A stretch of DNA of 64,000 nt, from assembly GCA_963827165.1 (NCBI GenBank), contig CAWGZR010000005.1:384001-448000 (forward strand), read 5' to 3'. Positions within the stretch are counted from its first letter, which is position 1; every line of letters starts with the position of its first letter. The notes beneath the pieces were generated by a model. That model ran no database searches. It worked only from the letters and a program-made list of their open reading frames with translations, and was not told where the DNA came from. The stretch is from Candidatus Bathyarchaeota archaeon. Lineage in GTDB: Archaea; Thermoproteota; Bathyarchaeia; Bathyarchaeales; Bathycorpusculaceae. Made by a program: the position numbers and the translations under genes. Shown here piece by piece: positions 40,442 to 49,340 of this stretch.

Positions 40442-40615
40442 ATGAAAGATTTTAAGTGTCCAATATGCGGTGGATCAACTGAAGAGGTTTGGGAAAATGA
40501 AACTAAAACAAGATACGGAATGAGATGTAAGGAAGGTCATAAAAGCACCAGTAATAAATCAGGTGGTCCTCAAGAATACCCTGTGTTTCTTGTTTCAAGT
40601 GAAGAACTTGAATAG
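40442..40615 (+). CDS. 57-aa Zn-ribbon microprotein
   Basis: Not in ORF track. GGTGA SD; MKDFKCPICGGSTEEVWENETKNRYGMRCKEGH...YPVFLVSSEELE. Confidence 0.7.
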   Translation: MKDFKCPICGGSTEEVWENETKTRYGMRCKEGHKSTSNKSGGPQEYPVFLVSSEELE

Positions 40616-41145
40616 TTGGTTACTTGTGAGAAATCACCTGTAACTTACACCAGCGGCTTTAATCCGTGCAACAATCATTCTTTCAAATATTTCCTTAGCA
40701 ACAAAAAAGAACTTTACTAAATAAGAATATATTTTCCGCCCTCTTTCTTTATCAAAATCTATCGCCTATGAAATTTACGATTATGACGATTACTTTTAAC
40801 GTAGGCGTTTTTAGGTTTAGGTTTATTTTCTTCATTGGGTTTAATTTTGTTTTCTTCATTTTGGTTACTCAATTTACTCCGACCTCAAACTATTGTTAAA
40901 CGTTCGATACGATTACTGCGGCCATTCAGAAGTTAGAGACTTATTTATGGATTTAAGGCTATAAGAAAATAGCCAATTTAGGGAACGGGCGGATACTTTT
41001 TAAACTTTTGTCTTTTTGAAATTGCGTTTTCTAGCAACTTTTTCGCACATTCTAAGGGCAATCAAAAGTTAAGCAGTTCGCGTTAATTTTTTTCAGTTAA
41101 TTACTCAGAAAACCATTCGCGCCTAAATCTCGCCAAATAGTCGAC

Positions 41146-41403
41146 TTAATATTGCTTTTCAACCCCAAAAGACTTTGCAGTCGGCAGGGCTTGCTTAGAA
41201 ATTATGAATCTGCCCAATTCCAGCTGCAGTTTAAGGTTGTTTTCGGCGCCATAATCTGCTAAAAGTTCGTATGAGTCCTTGTCGAGCGTGCTTTTTTCAA
41301 CAGTTAAGACAAGGCCAACTTCGGGCAAATCCTCCATGCTTGCCTCAATATTGCAACACTCTTTTATCTGGCGTTTAATTTTCATCGCTTCGGACATATT
41401 CAT
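41146..41403 (-). CDS. Hypothetical protein
   Basis: 85-aa ORF with natural composition and an upstream TATA-like ttatat. Confidence 0.65.
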   Translation of the reverse strand: MNMSEAMKIKRQIKECCNIEASMEDLPEVGLVLTVEKSTLDKDSYELLADYGAENNLKLQLELGRFIISKQALPTAKSFGVEKQY

Positions 41404-41561
41404 TTTAGTTCTTGCATATAATAGTCTAAGGTTAATTGAATCTTGCCATTTTATTGATTTAAAGTAAATTGTGTTGGCAACCTGTGAATCTGCAGCTTCG
41501 GCATTTCTTAGCTTGTTATGATTAGCAAAATTTAGGTTACCCTTGGATAACGATTATTTGA

Positions 41562-41835
41562 TTAACATGTCGTCGGGCTTTTTTGTTTTTGGTCTTTAAG
41601 TGCTTGCCGAGTGATTCGGCAGTGTAGCCTTCGAAACTTGGCAGGTTTGCCGCCGCGGAATAAAGAAGCATTAAGTATTTTTCGGTGTCAGGTTCTATGC
41701 CGTTCTCGATAAGCTGAGCCGCTATTACTCTGCGTCCATGCTTCTTGTGTTTTGAGTGTGTGAATAGGAATTTTTACAGGTTCCCGCGTGCACTTCTGAG
41801 CCTTCCTTGATTAACTGCTTGGCAGTGATGACCCG
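41562..41835 (-). pseudogene. C-terminal remnant of a family B (PolB2-like) DNA polymerase
   Basis: VITAKQLIKEGSEVHAG /fs/ KFLFTHSKHKKHGRRVIAAQLIENGIEPDTEKYLMLLYSAAANL.SFEGYT /fs/ ALKDQKQKS; resembles the PolB thumb region (D..KY..LL..A). Confidence 0.7.
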
Positions 41836-42006
41836 AGGAAATACGCTAATTTACATAAACCTTGAAAAAGCACTCTTTCAAAACGCGGATGAGCAATACC
41901 ACGTAAAAGTTGCAGAAACCCTACAAGAAGCTTGTAAACTACACGAAGTAGGCGTGAATAGGTCACAGATCTAAACGGCGCTAAGCTGTATAGGAAAAGA
42001 AAGTAG
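41836..42006 (+). pseudogene. C-terminal remnant of a tyrosine integrase
   Basis: NTLIYINLEKALFQNADEQYHVKVAETLQEACKLHEVG /fs/ E*VTDLNGAKLYRKRK*; catalytic TxxY motif and RKRK tail. Confidence 0.75.
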
Positions 42007-42019
42007 TCTCTATGCTAAG

Positions 42020-42298
42020 TTAATCTTTTATGGCTTCGATGAAGCTCATGACGTTCCAGAGCTTGACCCGTGTATACGGTGGCATGTTGGGGTCTTGCAA
42101 AATCTCGTCAAGGAGCGAAACGGCGTTTGAAGCACGCACGGCTGGTGTGTACTCGCCGCTTTGCAGGGAGTTCATAGCGTCTTTTGCTGAGCGCCTGATG
42201 TTTCTTGGAGTTGTGCTGTCTTCGGAAACCTCTGCTAGCACCGTCAGTGCCTGCTGAATTTTGCCTTCATATTCCTCAGCTTTCTTTTTGCGGACCAT
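42020..42298 (-). CDS. UPF0147 family protein
   Basis: DSTTPRNIRR.A, DPNMPPYTR. Confidence 0.93.
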   Translation of the reverse strand: MVRKKKAEEYEGKIQQALTVLAEVSEDSTTPRNIRRSAKDAMNSLQSGEYTPAVRASNAVSLLDEILQDPNMPPYTRVKLWNVMSFIEAIKD

Positions 42299-42360
42299 AA
42301 CGAATTACCCCAGTTCAATTCCCAGTAACCAAGTTATATAAGTATTGATACGTATTTACT

Positions 42361-42744
42361 TTGGGGTTCATCTTGCAAGAGAAAAAACAAAACAACACAC
42401 CGATCAAACGCATGGCCGACCTTCTAACACAAGGCGCCACCCTAACCGACTTATCATGCCCAGTCTGCTCATCCCCGCTTTTCAGGCTGCAAGATGGCAC
42501 ACTTTGGTGTGCAAAGGACGAAAAAAAGGTCGTCATTGTAAAAGAAGGCGGAGAAGCACCAACCGCACCCGCCTCTGCATCGGGGTACGACAAACTTGAA
42601 TCCACTTTGCGCGGTAAAATTGGGGACTTGCAGGAAAAAATTGAAAAAACCCAAGACACGGAAGAACTGCAAAAGTTAAGCGCTGCACTATCCCAGCTTC
42701 TTGACAGCCTCGATAAGATACAGAAAATGAAAAAAGCACAGTAG
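42361..42744 (+). CDS. UPF0148 / Sjogren autoantigen-1 family Zn-finger protein
   Basis: MADLLTQGATL..LSCPVCSSPLF...WC plus coiled coil. Confidence 0.9.
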   Translation: MGFILQEKKQNNTPIKRMADLLTQGATLTDLSCPVCSSPLFRLQDGTLWCAKDEKKVVIVKEGGEAPTAPASASGYDKLESTLRGKIGDLQEKIEKTQDTEELQKLSAALSQLLDSLDKIQKMKKAQ

Positions 42745-42753
42745 GAATATCCA

Positions 42754-43269
42754 ACGCTGGGCGTATTTGAAAATTTTCCCCCAAACATCCATTTTGTACA
42801 GTGCTTCACTTCCGTAGCGCCCCGCCAGCAGCTCCAACGAACGTTAATCCAAGTTCTTTACGAAGTAAACAAGAGAGAATTCAGTTTTGAAGAAGCTGGG
42901 CACCCAACAATTCCGAGTTGCAGGATCTTTTTTGAGTTCGGGTTGGCCGACGCTGACAGCTTCAACTTTGTTGACAAGGAAGAAGTCAAAAAAACGTTGG
43001 ACCTGCTTGCGAATCAGGCTTTGGAGTACATGGATTTCTTCTGCGTCGTCCGCTATTACAAGGGCGAAGGGATAAAAAAGAGGGCGTTAAAATTTGATTA
43101 TTACTTTCTCAGAACGGTTTATGGTAGGGGTGTTTTTGAGATTCAAGTTTACCATAAGAAAGGGCTAAGGTATGTGCCGCCGGAAGATTTGACTATGTTT
43201 ATCTTCAAAAAAATAAATGAGGCGTCGAACCGAAAAGTGCTCAAGAAGCAAGCGAGCGACCAAACGTAG
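42754..43269 (+). CDS. Hypothetical protein, apparent ACG (or CTG) start
   Basis: Frame of ORF 42943..43269 is open back to 42745; reads (T/M)LGVFENFPPNIHF...FEFGLADA...LKFDYY. Confidence 0.75.
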   Translation, partial: TLGVFENFPPNIHFVQCFTSVAPRQQLQRTLIQVLYEVNKREFSFEEAGHPTIPSCRIFFEFGLADADSFNFVDKEEVKKTLDLLANQALEYMDFFCVVRYYKGEGIKKRALKFDYYFLRTVYGRGVFEIQVYHKKGLRYVPPEDLTMFIFKKINEASNRKVLKKQASDQT

Positions 43270-43372
43270 AACTATTTAGCGACGCCCAATTCTACAGCCG
43301 AAAGTTATATTAACAATGTTTAACGCAGAAAACAGGAGAATGTTTAGTTAGCAGCAGAAAAAGGGGCACATC

Positions 43373-44338
43373 TTGTTGATTCCCATTGAAGTTCATTCCC
43401 TAAAAAAGAATTACGGAAGTCTAGCAGCCGTTAATGACATCTCATTCAACGTTAATACGGGGGAAGTCTTCGCGCTCTTAGGTCCCAACGGAGCAGGCAA
43501 AACCACCACAATCGAGATTTTGGAAGGCTTACGTGAAAGAGACGGTGGAGACACCAAGGTTCTGGGTTTTGATCCGTGGAAAAACGGTTATGATCTTCAC
43601 AAAAGAATCGGGGTGATCCCTCAGGAATTCAATTTCATTGAGAAGATAACTCCAAGGGAAGCCATTATTTATTACGCAGATCTCTTCAACATAAAAGTGA
43701 ACCCCGACGACATTTTAAAAGAGGTTTTGCTAGAGGAGTCGGCTAAAACCTATTTTGACAGCCTTTCAGGGGGGCAAAAACAAAAAACGGGGCTGGCTCT
43801 TTCTCTTGTGAATTCTCCTGAACTGCTTTTCCTTGACGAACCGACCACAGGACTGGACCCTAACGCAAGAAGAGCAATCTGGGACGTTATCCGCGGCTTG
43901 AAAGCGAAAGGCAAAACAATCATTTTAACAACTCACTACCTCGATGAGGCTCAGCAATTATCTGACAGAGTCGCTATCATGGATCATGGGAAAATCGTGG
44001 CGATGGGAACAAGTGACGAAATTATTGCTCAGTACGGTTCCGGAGAACGACTTGAAATCCGCGGGTCCGAAGAGTTAGCCAAGTACATCAAAGCCAACAC
44101 AGAATTGCACGTTGACTACGACGTTGCCCGCGGGGTGGTAAGCATACCGATCAAAAATAAAATTGATGCTCTCGCGGCTTTAGCGGCAGCGGAAGAGTCA
44201 AAAATGGATTGGAGCGAAATCCAAACTCGCCGAGACAGCTTAGACGACGTTTTCGTTAAGCTCGTCAGCAGAAAACTAAGCGACCACGGCGAGATACTTG
44301 ATGAGCACGCACACGGGGAAGGAATGAAAGATGTCTAG
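43373..44338 (+). CDS. ABC transporter ATP-binding protein
   Basis: GPNGAGKTT, LSGGQ, FLDEPTTGLDP. Confidence 0.96.
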   Translation: MLIPIEVHSLKKNYGSLAAVNDISFNVNTGEVFALLGPNGAGKTTTIEILEGLRERDGGDTKVLGFDPWKNGYDLHKRIGVIPQEFNFIEKITPREAIIYYADLFNIKVNPDDILKEVLLEESAKTYFDSLSGGQKQKTGLALSLVNSPELLFLDEPTTGLDPNARRAIWDVIRGLKAKGKTIILTTHYLDEAQQLSDRVAIMDHGKIVAMGTSDEIIAQYGSGERLEIRGSEELAKYIKANTELHVDYDVARGVVSIPIKNKIDALAALAAAEESKMDWSEIQTRRDSLDDVFVKLVSRKLSDHGEILDEHAHGEGMKDV

Positions 44339-45431
44339 TGCAAAAAGAATATTAGCTGACTTCAAAGTTTTCAGTCGAGGATACCTGAGAAACAGATTTG
44401 GCCTCTTCTTCGGGTTGATATTTCCAGTTATTTTAATTTTGATTTTCGGCGCCATCTTTTCAAGCAGCGGATCAGCCCAAATCAACGTCTACGCCCAAAA
44501 CAAGGATAGCGGCCCAATTTCATCACAGTTTTTATCTACACTTAACAGTTCAAGCACAATCAGAGTTCACACGGTGAATACTTCAGAGGACTTTTCAAAA
44601 TATCTCGCGGCGCATTCAGCATCGGACGGCATCGTTATACCAGAAAACTTCTCTGCCGATTACACAGCGGGTCGCCCCGTTAACGTTACAGTTTATGGGA
44701 ATCCGACGTCAACCACCAGTGGCATAGTAAGCGGCACAGTTAGCGGAGTCATCAACTATTTCAACCTTAACTACTACAAAGCGAATGCGATACCCATAAT
44801 CGGCATAACCCCAACCACCGTTAACACTCATCAAACAAAATACATTGATTTTCTTGTCCCAGGCTTAATCGGCTTCGCCATCCTTGTAAGCCCTATGTTT
44901 AGCCTCGTCAACATATCCTCAGACTACAAGAAAACCAAACTGTTCAAACAACTGTCGCTTACACCGCTTACAAAGTTTGAGTGGCTAGCCTCGAAGATAA
45001 TGTGGTATATCGTTTTAACAATCATAAGCTTCGTACTGATGGTTGTGGTGGGGATTTTGGTGTACGGCGCAAACGTGACGTTGACGCCTTGGCTTATACC
45101 TTTTCTGCTTATTGGACCGACCTTGTTCGCGTCGCTAGGCATGCTTGTGGGAACAGTCACAAAGAACCCTGAAACCGCAGGTGTAATAGGAAACATAGTG
45201 ACCTTCCCAATGATGTTCCTCTCCGGCACCTTCTTCCCAATCAGCATAATGCCACAATACCTGCAAACCATCGCCCACGTACTACCACTCTTCTACGTAA
45301 TTGAAGGCTTAAACAACGTAATGGTCTACTCAAACTACACAGGCGCAATAATCGATGTAGCAGTTGTCGCCGTCATAACTGTAGTCATTTTCGCAGCCGC
45401 CGTTAGACTGTTCAAATGGAGAGAAGACTAA
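44331..45431 (+). CDS. ABC-2 type exporter permease
   Basis: TM + extracellular loop + multi-TM; YIDFLVPG, FLSGTFFP. Confidence 0.93.
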   Translation: MSSAKRILADFKVFSRGYLRNRFGLFFGLIFPVILILIFGAIFSSSGSAQINVYAQNKDSGPISSQFLSTLNSSSTIRVHTVNTSEDFSKYLAAHSASDGIVIPENFSADYTAGRPVNVTVYGNPTSTTSGIVSGTVSGVINYFNLNYYKANAIPIIGITPTTVNTHQTKYIDFLVPGLIGFAILVSPMFSLVNISSDYKKTKLFKQLSLTPLTKFEWLASKIMWYIVLTIISFVLMVVVGILVYGANVTLTPWLIPFLLIGPTLFASLGMLVGTVTKNPETAGVIGNIVTFPMMFLSGTFFPISIMPQYLQTIAHVLPLFYVIEGLNNVMVYSNYTGAIIDVAVVAVITVVIFAAAVRLFKWRED

Positions 45432-45497
45432 CAGTAAAAACCTCGTTTTTTCTATCACTCTTAATCTTTTTCAATTTTTTAAAACAAAACCCAAAGT

Positions 45498-46097
45498 TCA
45501 TTTTCCATCTTTAAGAAAGCGCGTAACTTTTGAGTGCAAAGAGTCTGCTACTGCGTCTTTGGACTTATCGCCATCAATAAGCACGAGCGCACCTATCGCC
45601 ACATATTTGAGATAGGTTTCCCTGACTTTTCGTTGGATTACTAAGGTTTCCATAACAGACTTCTTTCTTTTCAAACGTTCCAGCACCCGTTCAGGCGGCA
45701 CATCTATAAAAATAGCGTAGTCAGGCTTGAGAGCAAAGGAATTTATTTTTTTTATCCAGCCTAAATTCAACCCGGCGCTGCCCTGGTAAGCATACGATGA
45801 ATAAATATAGCGGTCGCAAATTACCACTTTGCCTTCAGCTAACGCGGGTTTGATTTCGTTGTCAACATGTTCTATTCGGTCCGCGGCAAATAGCAAAGCT
45901 TCAGATTCGAGGGGTAAACGTTTGTCTTCGTAGAGGCAGCATTCGCGGATGTAGGTTCCTGTTTTGCCTTGGCTGGGCTCAGCCGTATATACGGCTGTGT
46001 GGCTTTTGCTTAGTCGTTCAGTCAAAATTTTTGCCTGTGTGGTTTTTCCGCTCCCATCCAACCCTTCTACACAAATGAATACGCCTTTCCCACTCAT
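45498..46097 (-). CDS. tmk: Thymidylate kinase
   Basis: EGLDGSGKTTQ, LFAADR, DRYIYSSYAYQG. Confidence 0.97.
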   Translation of the reverse strand: MSGKGVFICVEGLDGSGKTTQAKILTERLSKSHTAVYTAEPSQGKTGTYIRECCLYEDKRLPLESEALLFAADRIEHVDNEIKPALAEGKVVICDRYIYSSYAYQGSAGLNLGWIKKINSFALKPDYAIFIDVPPERVLERLKRKKSVMETLVIQRKVRETYLKYVAIGALVLIDGDKSKDAVADSLHSKVTRFLKDGK

Positions 46098-46166
46098 TGT
46101 TATTGCTCCAGCCAGTCAGCGTTAACATTATAGGGAGACAAATAAATATAACTTGCATGTGGAGGA

Positions 46167-47453
46167 TTGCTTGTGCCCAAAGTTTACTGGGGAGAAGTAA
46201 AGGATCCGGTGCACGGGTACGTGTACATTTCTAAAGAGGAAAAAGACATTTTGGATTCCTACCCGATGCAGCGGCTCAGGCGTCTGCGGCAACTCGCGGG
46301 CTCCGAATATGTTTACCCAGGGGCGAATCACACTCGCTTTGAACACTGCGTCGGCGTTATGTATTTGGCTGGCCAAGTTTTGGAGAATCCCAATATCGGC
46401 AGCCTACTATCAGAAGAAGAAGCGGCAATGTGCCGAATTTCAGCGCTGCTCCATGACGTTGGACACGGTCCTTTCTCGCATGTATTCGAACAGCTTTTGA
46501 TTAAAGACCTCGAAAAAACACATGAAGACATAACATCATGGCTTATATTGAAAAGTGAGGTAGGGGACAAACTGTCTAAGATGGGTTACAACCCCGAAGA
46601 AGTGGCTTCTCTCGCCGTGGGCAAACTGCATAAGTCAAACAAAGCGTTTCTGGACCAGATAATAAGTAGCGCGGTGGATGTTGACAAACAAGACTTCATC
46701 GTTCGGGACACATACCACACGGGCGCCGAATACGGCTTCATCGACGTTTACCGCCTCATACACGCACTAGACGTCTTAGGCGAAAACTTAGCCGTGGAAC
46801 TTGGCGCCCTCTCAGCGCTGGAATCCTTCATAATAGCCCGTATCGAATCCTTCAAAAGCATCTATTTCCATCGAGTCGGCAGAGCCGCGCAAATCATGCT
46901 GGCTACAGCAATGGAAAAAGCCAACGTCGAATTGGGGTTGACCGCATTCAAGACGCCTGAAGAATACATGGCTCTTGACGACTACACAGTTTGGGCTTCA
47001 CTTAAGAAATGCGCGGCTTCCAAAGATATAATCGCCGACCTGGAAAGACGCAGAATGCTGAAATGCGCCTACGAGCGGACCTTCTACGAGAAAGACACTA
47101 TGGTATCCAACATTTTCGGCAGGGAAAGCTACCGACACCAAATGCAGAGCGAAATCGCCAAAGAAGCAGGTGTTAACATCGAATCAGTCATAATAGACGT
47201 CCCAACAGTCCCATCCGTTCCCTACCACCATGCTGTACTCATGGAAACTATGGAAATCCCAGTTTTCACTAAAAATCAGGTGGGCGAAAAATACCTGCAG
47301 CGGTTAAGTGAAATGTCAAAGATTTTTGAAACACTTAAAGGATTCATAAACATACTTCGGGTTTACACTGACGCAGCTGACCGCGAAAAAGTAGAGAAGG
47401 CAACCGCAAAAATCTTGGGCAAAATTCCCTCGGCGGCGAAAATCTCGTTTTAG
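46167..47453 (+). CDS. HD-domain phosphohydrolase (dNTPase / SAMHD1-like)
   Basis: DPVHG, QRLRRLRQL, HTRFEH, LLHDVGHGPFSH, DVDKQDF..RD. Confidence 0.93.
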   Translation: MLVPKVYWGEVKDPVHGYVYISKEEKDILDSYPMQRLRRLRQLAGSEYVYPGANHTRFEHCVGVMYLAGQVLENPNIGSLLSEEEAAMCRISALLHDVGHGPFSHVFEQLLIKDLEKTHEDITSWLILKSEVGDKLSKMGYNPEEVASLAVGKLHKSNKAFLDQIISSAVDVDKQDFIVRDTYHTGAEYGFIDVYRLIHALDVLGENLAVELGALSALESFIIARIESFKSIYFHRVGRAAQIMLATAMEKANVELGLTAFKTPEEYMALDDYTVWASLKKCAASKDIIADLERRRMLKCAYERTFYEKDTMVSNIFGRESYRHQMQSEIAKEAGVNIESVIIDVPTVPSVPYHHAVLMETMEIPVFTKNQVGEKYLQRLSEMSKIFETLKGFINILRVYTDAADREKVEKATAKILGKIPSAAKISF

Positions 47454-47515
47454 CATCTTTGCTGCATCTTTTCTTAAATACTAGTTGCTGCTAAGAAGAA
47501 AAGCAGAGTAGCTAG

Positions 47516-48049
47516 GTGTTTGAGGAAGGATTAAGCGTGTCGAGTATCCCAGACAAGAAGGTCATCAGCGTAAGGATCAGGGGCAAACCTGAACCGAAAG
47601 TTGATCCTTCACTGCTTTTCAGCCCACAAGACGTTAGACTCTATGTCACCGAATTCGTGTCTTCGTGGATAAGGGGAGACATAATAATCCGTTTTCCAAC
47701 AGCCGCGGAACTATCTAAACAAACTCCTCTTAGCATAGCGTTTCCAACCGACCCCTCAGTCAACGCAGAACTCAAAATCAAAGAACATTACATTGACCAA
47801 CTATCAATCATCGCAGGGATAAAACCAGCATCAACCGAAGAACAGGAAAAAACCATAGCAGAAGTCTTCAAAATGCTGCTTATGTTCCGCAGCGCAAACC
47901 GCATCGAAGGAAAAATCATCTCAAACGACTTGGAAAAAAGAATCCAGGAACTCGAAAAAACCGTGAAGAACCAGGCTAAACTCGTTGACCAGATAACTGC
48001 GTTTTTGTTTAGACCGAAGGCTGCAACCAAAAAAGCCCAAGCCAATTGA
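47516..48049 (+). CDS. Hypothetical protein with C-terminal coiled coil
   Basis: 177-aa ORF; LEKRIQELEKTV heptads. Confidence 0.75.
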   Translation: MFEEGLSVSSIPDKKVISVRIRGKPEPKVDPSLLFSPQDVRLYVTEFVSSWIRGDIIIRFPTAAELSKQTPLSIAFPTDPSVNAELKIKEHYIDQLSIIAGIKPASTEEQEKTIAEVFKMLLMFRSANRIEGKIISNDLEKRIQELEKTVKNQAKLVDQITAFLFRPKAATKKAQAN

Positions 48050-48118
48050 AGCTAAGTTCTTGAAGGGTAAGGTTTATTCGAGTGAAAAAGCATTCTGCTT
48101 GATGCTTTTAGTAAAAGC

Positions 48119-48196
48119 GCTCCGGTAGTATAGTCCGGTCAAGTATGCCGGCCTTTCGAGTCGGCGACCCGGGTCCAAATCCCGGCCGGAGCACCA
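48119..48196 (+). tRNA. tRNA-Glu(TTC), CCA encoded
   Basis: GCTCCGG...CCGGC-CT-TTC-GA-GTCGG...CCGGAGC-A-CCA; T-loop reads TCCAAAT. Confidence 0.95.
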
Positions 48197-48364
48197 GACC
48201 ATTTTCCACGCCACACCTTTCGTCGAAAGCTACTATTAGTAATGAACAAAACTGTATGTTAGCAATACGTGCCTTCAGGTTTAGAACTTCTAATACAATC
48301 TAACCGATTGAACTTGAGTCAACCGCTGGTCAAGTCAACACTTGATGCGAAACGCTTTAGCGGA

Positions 48365-48577
48365 TTATTCGACCCGATGCCCAGTGTGTGGGCCGGTATG
48401 GGTTTTCTCGGGGTTCCCATGAACGTTCTCTAGGTGCCGGTCAAGTTCAGTGTGGGTTTTGAAGGCTTTCCCGCATATTTCGCATTCCAACCTGCTTGGC
48501 TCCGTTGAGCGAACGGGCTCCTCATGCATCGGGGATTCTCTAGAAGGAATTAACGGGGTTTTGTTTTGTTTAGCCAT
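48365..48577 (-). CDS. Small C2H2 zinc-finger protein
   Basis: CEICGKAFKTHTELDRHLENVH; start at MAKQ behind a GGAG SD. Confidence 0.85.
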   Translation of the reverse strand: MAKQNKTPLIPSRESPMHEEPVRSTEPSRLECEICGKAFKTHTELDRHLENVHGNPEKTHTGPHTGHRVE

Positions 48578-48647
48578 AAAAAAATCTCCAAAATAAAGAG
48601 TGGTCAAGGTTTCACTTATAGTTTGGGTTAAGAACGGGTCTGGTTCA

Positions 48648-49238
48648 TTATGTTTTGGTTTTTCCCAGAATCAGAATCATGGATTTGATCCATTGGTCGT
48701 GTACCTGCTTGTTCGGGAAGCCCATGATCAGTTTCGCCAAGGTTCCAAGGTATAACCCAGTGAAAAGTTCAGCCAAAACTCTTGCATCCACGTCGGTTCT
48801 GATGGCGCCCTGCTTCTTTTTCTCCTCAACAAAAACTTCAACGGCTTCAATGTCTCTCTGATAATCCTCAACGATTATTTGCCTGATTTTCGGGTCATGC
48901 GAAGACAATGCGACAACTTCGAAATGCGTATGAAGGTTGCCTTTGAACTGTTCAGTTATTTTGGAGTAGATTTCATCCAGCGCACGCTCTAAATTCTCAA
49001 ATTTGCATGTTTCGCCTAGTACGTTTCTGAGGGTTCGGTGTCCTTGGAGGCTAATTTCTTTAAGCAGGCTCTCTTTGCTTTCAAAATATGAATATAGGGC
49101 GCCTTTGCTTACGCCGACTTCCGTGGCTATGTCGTCCATGGTAGCATCGTGATAACCTTTTTGGGAGAAGACGGATCTTGCAGCTTTGATAATTTTGGCT
49201 TTGGCTTCTTCCTTGTATTCGGGAATGACTTTAGGCAT
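48648..49238 (-). CDS. TetR/AcrR family regulator
   Basis: KGYHDATMDDIATEVGVSKGALYSYF; start reassigned to MPKV. Confidence 0.95.
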   Translation of the reverse strand: MPKVIPEYKEEAKAKIIKAARSVFSQKGYHDATMDDIATEVGVSKGALYSYFESKESLLKEISLQGHRTLRNVLGETCKFENLERALDEIYSKITEQFKGNLHTHFEVVALSSHDPKIRQIIVEDYQRDIEAVEVFVEEKKKQGAIRTDVDARVLAELFTGLYLGTLAKLIMGFPNKQVHDQWIKSMILILGKTKT

Positions 49239-49340
49239 ATTGACCGACTTAATTATAGTTGCTTTCAACTTTAAAAGATTGCTGACGATAAGTATATTAA
49301 TTGACTGGTAGTCGCTATTTCTAAACAAAAGGTGACACGA

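Noticed and set aside
40759-40872. 37-aa minus-strand ORF MSNQNEENKIKPNEENKPK... with SD
   Set aside because: Possibly a decayed gene start, but low-complexity and unsupported.
31704-42006. A single 10-kb integrated element bounded by the integrase N- and C-remnants
   Set aside because: Both remnants are on the + strand, but the interval contains lysS and other core-looking genes, no att duplicate is visible, and the middle of the integrase is absent.
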